A stretch of DNA of 64,000 bases from Escherichia phage LH01: sequence record PP434429. One strand, given 5' to 3'. The translations under genes were made by a program, and so were the position numbers. Below are positions 36,303 through 44,887 of this stretch, piece after piece. How positions within the stretch are numbered: position 1 is the first letter of the stretch; each line of letters starts with the position of its first letter. The notes beneath the pieces are model-generated. The model made no database searches. It had not been told where the DNA came from and worked only from the letters and a program-made list of their open reading frames with translations.

Positions 36303-37259
36303 TTATTTGAAAGGTTTTACCATATGAAAGTTTTGTTTGAAACGCTTGACGTAATCGTCGTGTCCTAAGCTTTGGTACATACTTACTACTTTGCTATAAT
36401 TTTCCCAAGCGAACTCACGGAACCATCCTGATGTGATTGATGTACAGACCTTTTCAAGGGCCATCATAAAACTATCACGTGGATGGATTTCAAAGTTATT
36501 AGGAATCTGAGAACGTTCTAACGCTAGTACACATGATTCTTCGTATACGCCGGCCAATTTGACCATTTCTGGTAATGATTCGAACTTCTCGCGTGAGGTC
36601 ATGACTTCAGAACCATCTTTCATATAAAATGTATACGCTGGACGGTCTGTTAGTGCAATGGCTTCATGAATAGTATCATGGTCATATGTATAGATGTCAT
36701 CTTTAAAGAACGCACTTTTAGAAGTGTCAAGAACTGGGTGAGCATAATTCAAGGTTTCTTTCTGGCGTTTCAGCATAATTTCAGTAAGTTCATCGTTCAG
36801 TGTAACACCTTTACCACGAAGATACTGAATATGGTTCATAGTCTTTAAAAAGAATGGATTATTTTTCTTGAAACGATGAGACATCTTAATTGCAAGACAT
36901 ATCTCAGGAGTTGCCCAGTAAAACCCGTTCAAACGGTCTTTAGTCAAATTTTTCTTGGCGTATTTTAAAAGGTCATAAGAAGACGTGAAATCTTCAGGAG
37001 TGAGTTCACCGACTAGTTCGCGAACGTTAGTGATAGCCGGAACGATGTATGCTTCAAAATGAGTTTCGCGTCCATTATGGAAGCATTTGAAAACTTGGAC
37101 ATTAGGGTTATCTTGGTGAACATATACACCCATCATTTGATTTTTGAATGCATTCCAAGAACCTTGGTCCGCAATAAAGTCCCAATCACTATTTTTAATA
37201 GCGCTAGAATCAATAAGACCGTGATAGTGAAGTGCACGAGAACCAATAACTAACATCAT
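36303..37259 (-). CDS. Hypothetical 318-aa protein
   Basis: Long ORF with its own promoter cassette; no motif recognised by eye. Confidence 0.55.
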   Translation of the reverse strand: MMLVIGSRALHYHGLIDSSAIKNSDWDFIADQGSWNAFKNQMMGVYVHQDNPNVQVFKCFHNGRETHFEAYIVPAITNVRELVGELTPEDFTSSYDLLKYAKKNLTKDRLNGFYWATPEICLAIKMSHRFKKNNPFFLKTMNHIQYLRGKGVTLNDELTEIMLKRQKETLNYAHPVLDTSKSAFFKDDIYTYDHDTIHEAIALTDRPAYTFYMKDGSEVMTSREKFESLPEMVKLAGVYEESCVLALERSQIPNNFEIHPRDSFMMALEKVCTSITSGWFREFAWENYSKVVSMYQSLGHDDYVKRFKQNFHMVKPFK

Positions 37260-37287
37260 AATATTTTCCTCTGATTAATTCATTAAC

Positions 37288-37539
37288 TTAAATTTCACGA
37301 CATGCGATATTATATTCATCCCAGAGGTCATCATGTGAAGCCTCTACCAAAGGAACGATTGTACCGTTTATGTCTTCGTTATAAGGGCAAATTGTACAGT
37401 GCGCATCTTCGAATCGGATGCCTTTGTGTTCAGATTTTTTATAACGCATATCGAATATCTTTGCAAACTTTTCACGAGTAATGGTTTTACCAACCACTTT
37501 GGTTCCGATACTTTCGTAATAAATCATTGTGGACTCCAT
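37288..37539 (-). CDS. Hypothetical protein (possible Zn-binding; CTIC)
   Basis: 83-aa ORF; the likely start is the second Met (MIYYES...) with a GGAG SD. Confidence 0.45.
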   Translation of the reverse strand: MESTMIYYESIGTKVVGKTITREKFAKIFDMRYKKSEHKGIRFEDAHCTICPYNEDINGTIVPLVEASHDDLWDEYNIACREI

Positions 37540-37547
37540 TTGTTTTG

Positions 37548-37586
37548 ATAGGACTACTATAACATAGCCCTATCTTGTTGTAAACT
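37548..37586 (-). promoter_or_regulatory. Early-promoter-like palindromic cassette
   Basis: Plus strand gataggactactataacatagccctatcttgttgtaaac. Coordinates approximate. Confidence 0.4.
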
Positions 37587-37589
37587 GTT

Positions 37590-37787
37590 TTAGCAAGAAT
37601 AACTAGATGATACCCAGCCTTGAACAGTGATACTATTGTGGGATAATGAGATCGCGTCCTGGAGATTCAGACCTGCGTTATCTTCAATCCATAATGTAAC
37701 TTCTTCGCGTTCTTCTGTTGCAATTTGGAACAGGTTTTCCAGAGCAGCTACTGCCGTACGTACAGCACAATCTAATTCACGAGACAT
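37590..37787 (-). CDS. Small protein, member 1 of C-terminal W-x-S-S-S-x-x-C family
   Basis: 65 aa ending ...QGWVSSSYSC; shares the terminal motif with the next two genes. Confidence 0.5.
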   Translation of the reverse strand: MSRELDCAVRTAVAALENLFQIATEEREEVTLWIEDNAGLNLQDAISLSHNSITVQGWVSSSYSC

Positions 37788-37796
37788 AATATTTCC

Positions 37797-38024
37797 TTAG
37801 CAAGACATAGAGGAAGAGAACCAGAAACCTTTGCCTTCCGGAATTCCATAATCGTTACGGATCCAGCCATATTCATCATATTCTGAACTGGTCGCCGGAA
37901 TATATCGGTTAAGTCCTTCAGCATACACATGAAAATACTCGCCGGTTTTATCAGCTAATTGTTGGCCTTCACAGATTAGTGCTCGAATTTGGTCTTCAAT
38001 TTCTTTAACGGTTTTAGTGGTCAT
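37797..38024 (-). CDS. Small protein, member 2 of C-terminal W-x-S-S-S-x-x-C family
   Basis: 75 aa ending ...GKGFWFSSSMSC. Confidence 0.5.
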   Translation of the reverse strand: MTTKTVKEIEDQIRALICEGQQLADKTGEYFHVYAEGLNRYIPATSSEYDEYGWIRNDYGIPEGKGFWFSSSMSC

Positions 38025-38033
38025 TTTATTTCC

Positions 38034-38327
38034 TTAACACATTTGAGAAGAGGAGATCCATACACCGGAAGTAACGATACCATTTTCGTCAACTTCACCG
38101 CCATAGTTTTCAATTTCATCGCGCATCCAGCGACTACATTCATAACCAACAGGATAGTAAGTACGACCTGAACCATATTCACCTACATCAAATGAAACAC
38201 CATACTTATCTGCGATAATAGTAGCTTCATTCTCGATATGGTCTTGAGCACGAAGAAGTTTGCTGATTGCTTCTTCTGCAGATTTAGCGTCATTGTATTC
38301 AGGGATTACGATTTCAATTTTACTCAT
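38034..38327 (-). CDS. Small protein, member 3 of C-terminal W-x-S-S-S-x-x-C family
   Basis: 97 aa ending ...SGVWISSSQMC. Confidence 0.5.
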   Translation of the reverse strand: MSKIEIVIPEYNDAKSAEEAISKLLRAQDHIENEATIIADKYGVSFDVGEYGSGRTYYPVGYECSRWMRDEIENYGGEVDENGIVTSGVWISSSQMC

Positions 38328-38683
38328 TTTCTACATTCCTTAATAAAGTTTTCGATTGTTTCATTTTCACGTTTAACTAGAAGTTCATTATAACTAATCA
38401 TTTGAGAAGCGTAAACCTTTTTATTTTTCTTGTTATGGTAAATAAAGTCATAGTAAAAATAGACTACTGTACAAAAGGATGCAATGGATGCAAAGGCTTG
38501 GGTATACCGTAAGTCCTGCCATTGGTCGGTGAATCCACCAGCGTTCCCTATAAATCCTAATACAACACCGTCAATAAGAAATCCAACTAATCCAAAGGCA
38601 AATCCCATGCCAATACTCATAATAAAAATTAGAATGTTCTCACCAAGAGACGGCCATACGGTTAAGAGTTGAGGCTTTTGCAT
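38324..38683 (-). CDS. Small membrane protein, C-terminal ENFIKECRK motif
   Basis: 119 aa; Gly-rich transmembrane segments; C-terminus ...ETIENFIKECRK overlaps the RBS and start of the next gene. Confidence 0.5.
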   Translation of the reverse strand: MQKPQLLTVWPSLGENILIFIMSIGMGFAFGLVGFLIDGVVLGFIGNAGGFTDQWQDLRYTQAFASIASFCTVVYFYYDFIYHNKKNKKVYASQMISYNELLVKRENETIENFIKECRK

Positions 38684-39087
38684 CTTATTTCCTTAACGAA
38701 TTCCATAGCTTCTTCATATTCATACTTTTTAACAGCTTCATCATACTGAGCTTGGGCTTTTGCGCACTGAACTTTCCATTCTCTTAATCGGGCTCTGTGA
38801 TGACGGCCTTGATGCCAATATCCTACCCAATTAATAGGCATTAATAAAAACGGTACAATAAATGGTGCGACGAACATTAATGAAAACGCTGCATCAGACG
38901 ATATAACTTCACTAGAATCTAAAATAGCTCCTATAATCATAAAGATTAAAAATGCTAAAGCTAAAATAGGACCAAATAATACTTCATACGGGATTAATTT
39001 ACGTTTGTATTCGTAGGCCCAAGGCTTACTTGGCATGTATAGGGTTGGCTTTGACATATTCTCTACATTCCATAATAAATTGCTCAA
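38662..39087 (-). CDS. Membrane protein, C-terminal EFVKEIRCK motif
   Basis: 141 aa; two transmembrane helices; C-terminus ...EEAMEFVKEIRCKSLNS. Confidence 0.5.
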   Translation of the reverse strand: MSNLLWNVENMSKPTLYMPSKPWAYEYKRKLIPYEVLFGPILALAFLIFMIIGAILDSSEVISSDAAFSLMFVAPFIVPFLLMPINWVGYWHQGRHHRARLREWKVQCAKAQAQYDEAVKKYEYEEAMEFVKEIRCKSLNS

Positions 39088-39628
39088 GGATTAAATTGTT
39101 AGTGAAATTAGGACTAACAACCATAGTTTCATAAAGCGCATCAATAGCACTTAAAGCATCAACTCTCTTAAGCAAAGGCTTGCCTTCATACATAGTTTCA
39201 GAATCGATGATTAACGTAAAGTAATATTTTTTATTATCGACTAGAACTTCTGTATCGATATAAAACATATTAGACCTCAGAAGCTTATCTCTAAAACCAT
39301 AATAATCTTCAGAGCGTTCGCTGATATATTCCCATTCAGTGTTTAAACAACAAACAGACCACGTAGGAGCAACGAAATCAGTGAATCTAATATCATGGTC
39401 TGCAACTAGTTTAGCAATAGCTCCGATATCATGAATCATAATACCTGGGGCTAATAAAGATTTTCTGCTATGGCTAGCCGTTTTCTCAGTGGTTTCATAA
39501 GAAGACGACCAGTACCATTTACGTCCGGTTGCAACATATCGTAATGAATCAACTAAAGACGTAGGTGGATTTACCTTATCTCGGAACTCTTCGAACATTG
39601 AGTCAATATCATTATTTTGGTTTCGCAT
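39026..39628 (-). CDS. Hypothetical protein with EQFIMECR near C-terminus
   Basis: Start moved to MRNQNNDIDSMFEEF (AAAGGAG SD); soluble; carries the same F-I-x-E-C-R motif. Confidence 0.5.
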   Translation of the reverse strand: MRNQNNDIDSMFEEFRDKVNPPTSLVDSLRYVATGRKWYWSSSYETTEKTASHSRKSLLAPGIMIHDIGAIAKLVADHDIRFTDFVAPTWSVCCLNTEWEYISERSEDYYGFRDKLLRSNMFYIDTEVLVDNKKYYFTLIIDSETMYEGKPLLKRVDALSAIDALYETMVVSPNFTNNLILEQFIMECREYVKANPIHAK

Positions 39629-39677
39629 GTTAACTCCTTTATTATCCAAAAGGAGGACCGGAGTCCTCCGTATTATT

Positions 39678-40271
39678 TTATTTCAAAGAGTTAATATATT
39701 CTTGTACATCAGCAGAAGTGGTTTCGACACCGGCTGGAGTGCCATTGAACGTTTCAACACGAGTCAGAGTGTCTTCGATATCAACCTTAGTCAGTGCAGC
39801 GATTTCAATCACATCATCAGCCGTAGAGATACCAAGGGCATTGGCTGCTCGAGTTTCACGAATGTATTCGAGTTTGATTGCCAGGTTCTGACGAGCATCG
39901 TCAAGTTCAACCACCTTACGAGCAATTTCAATTCGCATAGCGGCGTACCCGTCAGCTTTTGTATTAAGTTGTTCGGCCGTTCGACGATACAGAAGACCAA
40001 GCTTAGCATGCATGGTAACATCTTGTCCTTCAGCCAGGAGCTTACGAATTTCGCGTTCCTTAGAAGCGGCTTGCTTGTTCTTTTCATTAACAAGTTCGCG
40101 AATACGTTTTTCTTCATTAATAGATTTAACAGAAGCCGTTTTTAGTTCTTTGATTTGGGTAATCAACTTATCTGCAGCTGCGTTATACTGTTCTTCGACA
40201 GTCAGATTTTTAGCCATGGCAGTACCCAGTTTAGTGCGAATGAATTCAACAAGTTTCTTCAGAGTGTTCAT
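39678..40271 (-). CDS. Coiled-coil protein (197 aa), function unknown
   Basis: Almost entirely helical, charged heptad-like sequence; preceded by a promoter cassette at ~40295-40340. Confidence 0.55.
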   Translation of the reverse strand: MNTLKKLVEFIRTKLGTAMAKNLTVEEQYNAAADKLITQIKELKTASVKSINEEKRIRELVNEKNKQAASKEREIRKLLAEGQDVTMHAKLGLLYRRTAEQLNTKADGYAAMRIEIARKVVELDDARQNLAIKLEYIRETRAANALGISTADDVIEIAALTKVDIEDTLTRVETFNGTPAGVETTSADVQEYINSLK

Positions 40272-40342
40272 ATTATTACCTTTTCAATTAGTGGGTTTAT
40301 TATCCATGAGAGCATTATACTCTGCTCTCAAGAGTTTGTAAA

Positions 40343-40570
40343 TTATTTTTTAATCAAATTGACATAAAACTTGGCGTCTTCGGGGTGCATGCCTTCGCAG
40401 TATTCTTCAACCATGAACTTCTTAACAGCTTCATAAGGACCACTCAGATTAAGCTCAGTTGTCCAGAACTTGGAATCTTGTACTGAATCAATACGAACTT
40501 CAGGGTGACGGTTGCGAATAACTTCTTCTGTGTATTCATAATCAACGACATCAATACTAACTTTAGCCAT
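40343..40570 (-). CDS. Hypothetical protein
   Basis: 75-aa ORF. Confidence 0.45.
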   Translation of the reverse strand: MAKVSIDVVDYEYTEEVIRNRHPEVRIDSVQDSKFWTTELNLSGPYEAVKKFMVEEYCEGMHPEDAKFYVNLIKK

Positions 40571-40628
40571 TTTGATTTCCTCATGTTGTTGATAAGTCTA
40601 TACTAACACCATCCTTGGCGTTTGTACA

Positions 40629-41132
40629 TCATTTATTTTTAATTTTACAAATTTTTCCAGCTTCGATACACGCGGCATAGATGATGCTCTGGGCAATTTT
40701 ATTGCTAGTAGACCTTGCAATCACACTAAGAACAATTTCTTTTTCTTCACCACCCCATCCCCAGCTATTTTGTCCATAGGTACCTTTAACTACGGCCGAA
40801 ACTTCAACAGAACGTCCACCATCAGAAGTTTTAACATCTACAACCCAATCGCCATCTTTCTCTTCAACTCGTGGTTTATCCCAAGAAATACTAATATATG
40901 ATTCACTGCCGATAGAAGTTGCCGGGTTTTTCTCTATCGTAAGCCCTTCACTTTCCAGCCATTCAATAGTATTTGCACATAAATCCGAAGAACACCTCAT
41001 CGGAAAGCGGCAAGATTTTTCACCTTTAGAGGCGGCTTCATACGTCTTTTCTAAAATACGCTTTTGCACGTTTTTAAAAATAGTTTCAGCAGATTCTTCA
41101 GATTTTTTATTCAGTTCAGTATAAAGACTCAT
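40629..41132 (-). CDS. Hypothetical 167-aa protein
   Basis: ORF with upstream promoter cassette (~41148-41192). Confidence 0.5.
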   Translation of the reverse strand: MSLYTELNKKSEESAETIFKNVQKRILEKTYEAASKGEKSCRFPMRCSSDLCANTIEWLESEGLTIEKNPATSIGSESYISISWDKPRVEEKDGDWVVDVKTSDGGRSVEVSAVVKGTYGQNSWGWGGEEKEIVLSVIARSTSNKIAQSIIYAACIEAGKICKIKNK

Positions 41133-41218
41133 AACATTTTCCTTTGTGGTTGATATGTCTTATAGTATCATGTCCTTAGAAGAAGTAAACAACTTTTTCA
41201 GTAAGTTGTAGACCCCCT

Positions 41219-41240
41219 AATGGGGACTTCGGTCCCCATT
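41219..41240 (-). terminator. Hairpin AAUGGGGAC-CGAA-GUCCCCAUU after the 41243..41863 gene
   Basis: 9-bp perfect stem immediately after the stop; followed on the minus strand by UUAGGGGGUC, the same tail that follows the 23282 hairpin. Confidence 0.4.
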
Positions 41241-41242
41241 CT

Positions 41243-41863
41243 TTACTTACGAGTTTTTGCATACTGAGCAGCGTCAGCAGCCAAACGACCTGCTTGTCGA
41301 AGTTTTTCTTTAATCTCATCATGAAGTGGTTGAGTATACTTCAAACCTTCGATAGTCAAATAAAGACGATAAAGGTCTGGGGTATCAAGGTTGTTGATAT
41401 GTTGGCCATTACGAAGACTATTGAATTCACGAACGAGTGAAGATGTATCAGATTCAATATCACGAACAAGCGAAGATAGTTGTTTATATTTTTTTTCCAG
41501 GCTAGAAGTATCAAACTTAAGAGCAGGAGCTTTAGGAGTTGCTTTTACTTCAGGCTTAGGCTCAGGTTTTGCTTTAGGGGTAGCAGGTTTAGGAATGGTA
41601 GGAGCAGGTTTTACTTTAGGCGAACCAGATTTAGCAGAAACACCACCACTAACAATATCTTTGAATGCTTTAGAAGCTCTGTAATATTCTTTTTGGCTGG
41701 AAGTGTCGATACCGTACATGGCTTGAACGTTTTTGAAAAACTCTGTACTAGTTTTTGTACCAGAAATAGCATCGTAAGCAGCTTGCCATTTCTCTTTTGT
41801 CATACGTACACCGGCTTCGGTGATTACTTCCGTTTCGGCTAAAAATTCATTAAAAGTATACAT
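41243..41863 (-). CDS. Internal-protein-like (IPIII-like size; N-terminus MYTFNEFLAETEV; Pro/Lys-rich linker)
   Basis: 206 aa; capsid-targeting-sequence-like N-terminus; central PKVKPAPTIPKPATPKAKPEPKPEVKATPKAP low-complexity segment. Confidence 0.55.
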   Translation of the reverse strand: MYTFNEFLAETEVITEAGVRMTKEKWQAAYDAISGTKTSTEFFKNVQAMYGIDTSSQKEYYRASKAFKDIVSGGVSAKSGSPKVKPAPTIPKPATPKAKPEPKPEVKATPKAPALKFDTSSLEKKYKQLSSLVRDIESDTSSLVREFNSLRNGQHINNLDTPDLYRLYLTIEGLKYTQPLHDEIKEKLRQAGRLAADAAQYAKTRK

Positions 41864-41907
41864 TGATGGTCCTTAGAAAGTAGGTTTATTGTTTACTATA
41901 TTTATAC

Positions 41908-41936
41908 AAAAAAGCCCCAACCTTTCGGAAGGGGCT
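41908..41936 (-). terminator. Intrinsic terminator closing the tRNA/small-RNA transcription unit
   Basis: Minus strand AGCCCCUUCCGAAAGGUUGGGGCU followed by UUUUUUG. Coordinates approximate. Confidence 0.55.
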
Positions 41937-41939
41937 ATA

Positions 41940-42238
41940 TACCTTGTCGGGGTTTCCACCTACTAGGTAAGTGTTTGTACGAAACGCCGGGATTCGAACC
42001 CGGTTATTAAGCAGTTGACGCTACTCAATATTTTTAAAAGGCCATATCTCTACCATATCCGAACGTCCCGTCAAAAACGCTACTCGGCTTATGGCAAAGA
42101 TATTTCCTCGAATCGATAATTCTGTGCGCCGTTTCTGCTGTGATGTAAGGGGATATTAACGAATCATAAAGATTTATTAAGACCAGTCCTTACTCAGGGA
42201 ACATCAGTCCGACGACTTGCCGGTAGCGACCCGGCTTC
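41940..42238 (-). ncRNA. Candidate stable RNA region with a tRNA-like T-arm (possible equivalent of T4 stable RNAs C/D, or a degenerate tRNA)
   Basis: No ORF of 60 aa or more; contains a canonical T-arm CCGGG-UUCGAAU-CCCGG with a 7-bp acceptor-like pairing (CGGGACG/CGUUUCG) about 91 nt apart, but no clean cloverleaf could be drawn by hand. Confidence 0.3.
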
Positions 42239-42583
42239 TTATTTTGGCATATCATCAATTTGCTCTCGACGCCTACGCCATAGATTAATCGCTTCATAAA
42301 CACATTCAGCATTTGGTATATGGCGACAATAGTATAGTGATTCGCGTTTCTGGAACCGATGTTGCAATGGGATTTCGTTTAAAAGGTCTTTACGGTCAAA
42401 GTATTCAAAACTAGTTAACCCGGAACGGTTTTTAAGAAACTTCCAATGGCCAAATTCATTTTGGAAATAAACGTAATCAGCGTGTTGATATAATGAATTA
42501 ATCAACCGGTCGGAAATAACTGTATCCTGTTCGTTAAAATAAAACGTTAAATCATGAACTACCAGATAAATATTACCTTTCAT
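42239..42583 (-). CDS. Hypothetical protein between the small-RNA region and the tRNAs
   Basis: Start moved to MKGNIYLVVHDL (GAGGAAAA SD); the ORF-track start at 42631 would overlap tRNA-Arg. Confidence 0.45.
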   Translation of the reverse strand: MKGNIYLVVHDLTFYFNEQDTVISDRLINSLYQHADYVYFQNEFGHWKFLKNRSGLTSFEYFDRKDLLNEIPLQHRFQKRESLYYCRHIPNAECVYEAINLWRRRREQIDDMPK

Positions 42584-42601
42584 ATTTTCCTCACTTGAAG
42601 T

Positions 42602-42678
<77 letters not shown>

Positions 42679-42681
42679 AAT

Positions 42682-42756
42682 TGGTGACCCTGGCTGGTTT
42701 CGATCCAGCTACCTATCAGTTATGAGCTGACAGCTCTCCCATTGAGCTACAGGGCC
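42682..42756 (-). tRNA. tRNA with CAU anticodon (Met, or Ile if the wobble C is modified)
   Basis: Minus strand GGCCCUG/CAGGGUC acceptor stem, D-arm UAGCUCAAUGGGAGAGC, anticodon loop CUCAUAA, T-loop AUCGAAA, encoded CCA; 3 nt from tRNA-Arg. Confidence 0.7.
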
Positions 42757-42835
42757 TTAATAACTTTCTATTATGAAAGGCACTTTAGAGCACCTTTGGT
42801 AATAGAGGGTATGAATTAATAATAACACATAATTC

Positions 42836-43351
42836 TTAAAGCAAATCAATCATTTTAACAGTTGGCAAAACAATTTCTTCTTCAATATAAGCAAATTCGA
42901 CACGTTCAACTACACGCAAGAAATCGTAATCATAGTATTCAGAAGCATAGCCAAGAATATCAATAAGTCCTTGAGATATCTCATCGCCTTTCACAAAGAA
43001 CAGGTCGAATACGCGGGCTTCGTCTTCTTCAGATTTATCACCAAGGTCTACTTCGATGCCAAAGACCTTTTTAATAAATTCTGGTTGGAGTTGGTCTGAG
43101 AACAGCCCTTCAACCAGATATTCGTAGATAATAAGCGAGCAGTCACTGAATGGTGTATTACCACAGTAACGTTCAGCTTTAGTGCTGGAATGACGACTCT
43201 TAAATTTCTTCAAGAGATATTTAAACTGTTGGAGCTCATGCTCTTCCACTTCAAACAATGTTTTGGTTTTATAGTTGTCCCCGTCATTTTCATAGGTAGT
43301 GACATCAATTACATAACCTTTAGGAATTGTACTGCCTAAACAAATATTCAT
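42836..43351 (-). CDS. Hypothetical 171-aa acidic protein
   Basis: ORF upstream (in transcription) of the tRNAs. Confidence 0.5.
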   Translation of the reverse strand: MNICLGSTIPKGYVIDVTTYENDGDNYKTKTLFEVEEHELQQFKYLLKKFKSRHSSTKAERYCGNTPFSDCSLIIYEYLVEGLFSDQLQPEFIKKVFGIEVDLGDKSEEDEARVFDLFFVKGDEISQGLIDILGYASEYYDYDFLRVVERVEFAYIEEEIVLPTVKMIDLL

Positions 43352-43355
43352 TTAC

Positions 43356-43646
43356 TCACCGTACCATATTAATGTAATTATACTCAATACATTCAAGATT
43401 TAAAGGATTCTTGAAAATATCATATTCAAGAGGACCTTTTTCTGTTTCAATAAAGAAATCAAAGTTCACACTATTAAATTTGCGGTCTTCCCAAAGTAAT
43501 TTAACCTGTGAAGATGAACGGTCGACGTAAACCTTTTCAACTTCAAAGTGGGTCAAAATACCATAGTAATCGACTAGTGCTTTAGCTGCACGTTGATCGC
43601 TTTCATATCCATTCTCAACGGATTTTACCTTAGCATAAAGAATCAT
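43356..43646 (-). CDS. Hypothetical protein
   Basis: 96-aa ORF. Confidence 0.5.
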   Translation of the reverse strand: MILYAKVKSVENGYESDQRAAKALVDYYGILTHFEVEKVYVDRSSSQVKLLWEDRKFNSVNFDFFIETEKGPLEYDIFKNPLNLECIEYNYINMVR

Positions 43647-44023
43647 GAATGTTCCACCACTTCAAAGGTATGAGCATCAACAATATGATACCAGTCAAAA
43701 TTTTCTTCTGCGTTTTTATAAATTTCGCGAAGAGCTTCAACAGTTTTTCCTGTAGCAACAAGGTCGTCAATACCACCAAGAGGATAACAGTCATAACCAG
43801 CAAACAGAAGGAAATTAATAGTTTCTGTAGGTTCTGGATGCAAAACACCATTATCATCTACCACTTCAAAGAAAGTGTAAGAAGGAGTACAAGTTTTAAT
43901 CCAGGCCCATGCTTGAGCTGCTGAATCAAACGGATTACGGAATAAACGACAATCCGGGTCTTTAGAAGGATTTGCTTCAAAATCCGCATATACGTGATAT
44001 TTCATTTTACTCACCTTTTGCAA
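43643..44023 (-). CDS. Hypothetical protein
   Basis: 126-aa ORF; 4-nt overlap with the downstream gene. Confidence 0.5.
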   Translation of the reverse strand: MQKVSKMKYHVYADFEANPSKDPDCRLFRNPFDSAAQAWAWIKTCTPSYTFFEVVDDNGVLHPEPTETINFLLFAGYDCYPLGGIDDLVATGKTVEALREIYKNAEENFDWYHIVDAHTFEVVEHS

Positions 44024-44192
44024 TTTTATCCATAACGATAGCGATTAAGCCGATTAGAAATGCTACTACCAATGAGATAGAGTTTTCAGTTGTTGTCAGT
44101 AGTCCACAAATGAATCCTACAAACATCGAAAAACTAAAAGCCATTGAAGCAATTACTACAGCAACATTACGAATCAGTTCAGCGCGTTTCAT
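44007..44192 (-). CDS. Small membrane protein
   Basis: Start moved to MKRAELIRNVAVVIASMAFSF (GGAGAA SD); two hydrophobic helices. Confidence 0.45.
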   Translation of the reverse strand: MKRAELIRNVAVVIASMAFSFSMFVGFICGLLTTTENSISLVVAFLIGLIAIVMDKIAKGE

Positions 44193-44221
44193 TTTATTCT
44201 CCATTTACTCATTTGATTTGA

Positions 44222-44262
44222 TAGGACTACTATAACATAGTCCTATCAGCATGTAAACTATT
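44222..44262 (-). promoter_or_regulatory. Early-promoter-like palindromic cassette (GTTTAC-N18-TATAGT)
   Basis: Plus strand gataggactactataacatagtcctatcagcatgtaaac; identical core to the cassette at 44548. Confidence 0.45.
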
Positions 44263-44524
44263 AAATACCAGCTTCGCGTTTAACATAATCGACGTAAGCT
44301 TGGATAGCTTTCTTGCTGGTAATTTTTACCTGGCCGCGTCCATTGCCTTCTTTAGAGTTTTTCTTAACAACTACGTTACCATCTTTAACACCCCATACAT
44401 GGACGTAAGTACCGATGTTTCGGTCGTAAAACATTGCATGGTCGTTGTTGTAAGAGAATGATTCATAGTTCTCTGACAGAGTAGAAGATTGAGATTCAGC
44501 GATAAATTCTTTATAGGTTTTCAT
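44261..44524 (-). CDS. Internal-protein-like (N-terminus MKTYKEFIAE; IPI-like size)
   Basis: 87 aa; N-terminus matches the T4 capsid targeting sequence at 9 of 10 positions. Confidence 0.55.
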   Translation of the reverse strand: MKTYKEFIAESQSSTLSENYESFSYNNDHAMFYDRNIGTYVHVWGVKDGNVVVKKNSKEGNGRGQVKITSKKAIQAYVDYVKREAGI

Positions 44525-44547
44525 TTGTTTTTCCGTTTGGTTGTTGA

Positions 44548-44590
44548 TTTGATAGGACTACTATAACATAGTCCTATCAGCATGTAAACT
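44548..44590 (-). promoter_or_regulatory. Early-promoter-like palindromic cassette (GTTTAC-N18-TATAGT)
   Basis: Plus strand tgataggactactataacatagtcctatcagcatgtaaac. Confidence 0.45.
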
Positions 44591-44592
44591 AC

Positions 44593-44880
44593 TTACAGAA
44601 GAGTTTTTGCAATAATTTTAAGCTGAGCTACAGAAATATGCTTAGCTTTAAACAGTGCAGTCTCTTCGGCCGGAGAGATAACAACAGTAGCGCCATCTTT
44701 CTTAGCAGACCATCCGTCCCCTAAGTAAACAGTACCTTTTACTTCTTCACCGTCAACCAGACTAATCATCGGTTTACCCTCACGTCCTTTATTTGCTTTA
44801 ATAACTTCGGAAGTAAGGGTCGCTTCGGTCAGAGTAGAAACGTTAGCATCAGGTGATATAAATTCTTTATAGGTTTTCAT
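44593..44880 (-). CDS. Internal-protein-like (N-terminus MKTYKEFISP)
   Basis: 95 aa; capsid-targeting-sequence-like N-terminus; tandem with 44261..44524. Confidence 0.55.
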   Translation of the reverse strand: MKTYKEFISPDANVSTLTEATLTSEVIKANKGREGKPMISLVDGEEVKGTVYLGDGWSAKKDGATVVISPAEETALFKAKHISVAQLKIIAKTLL

Positions 44881-44887
44881 TTTATTT

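Noticed and set aside
36303-37259. Assigning the 318-aa protein, or the 228-aa protein at 34970..35656, as a DNA-modification (sugar transfer) enzyme
   Set aside because: No nucleotide-sugar or glycosyltransferase motif was recognisable by eye; the idea came only from the missing glucosyltransferase elsewhere.
41981-42071. A canonical 76-nt tRNA at the UUCGAAU T-arm
   Set aside because: Acceptor and T-arm pair, but no convincing D-arm or anticodon arm could be drawn in the ~91-nt span, so it is reported only as a tRNA-like or stable-RNA candidate.
43630-43857. 75-aa hydrophobic ORF overlapping 43643..44023
   Set aside because: It is out of frame within a better-supported ORF and its translation is low-complexity Leu/Ile-rich.
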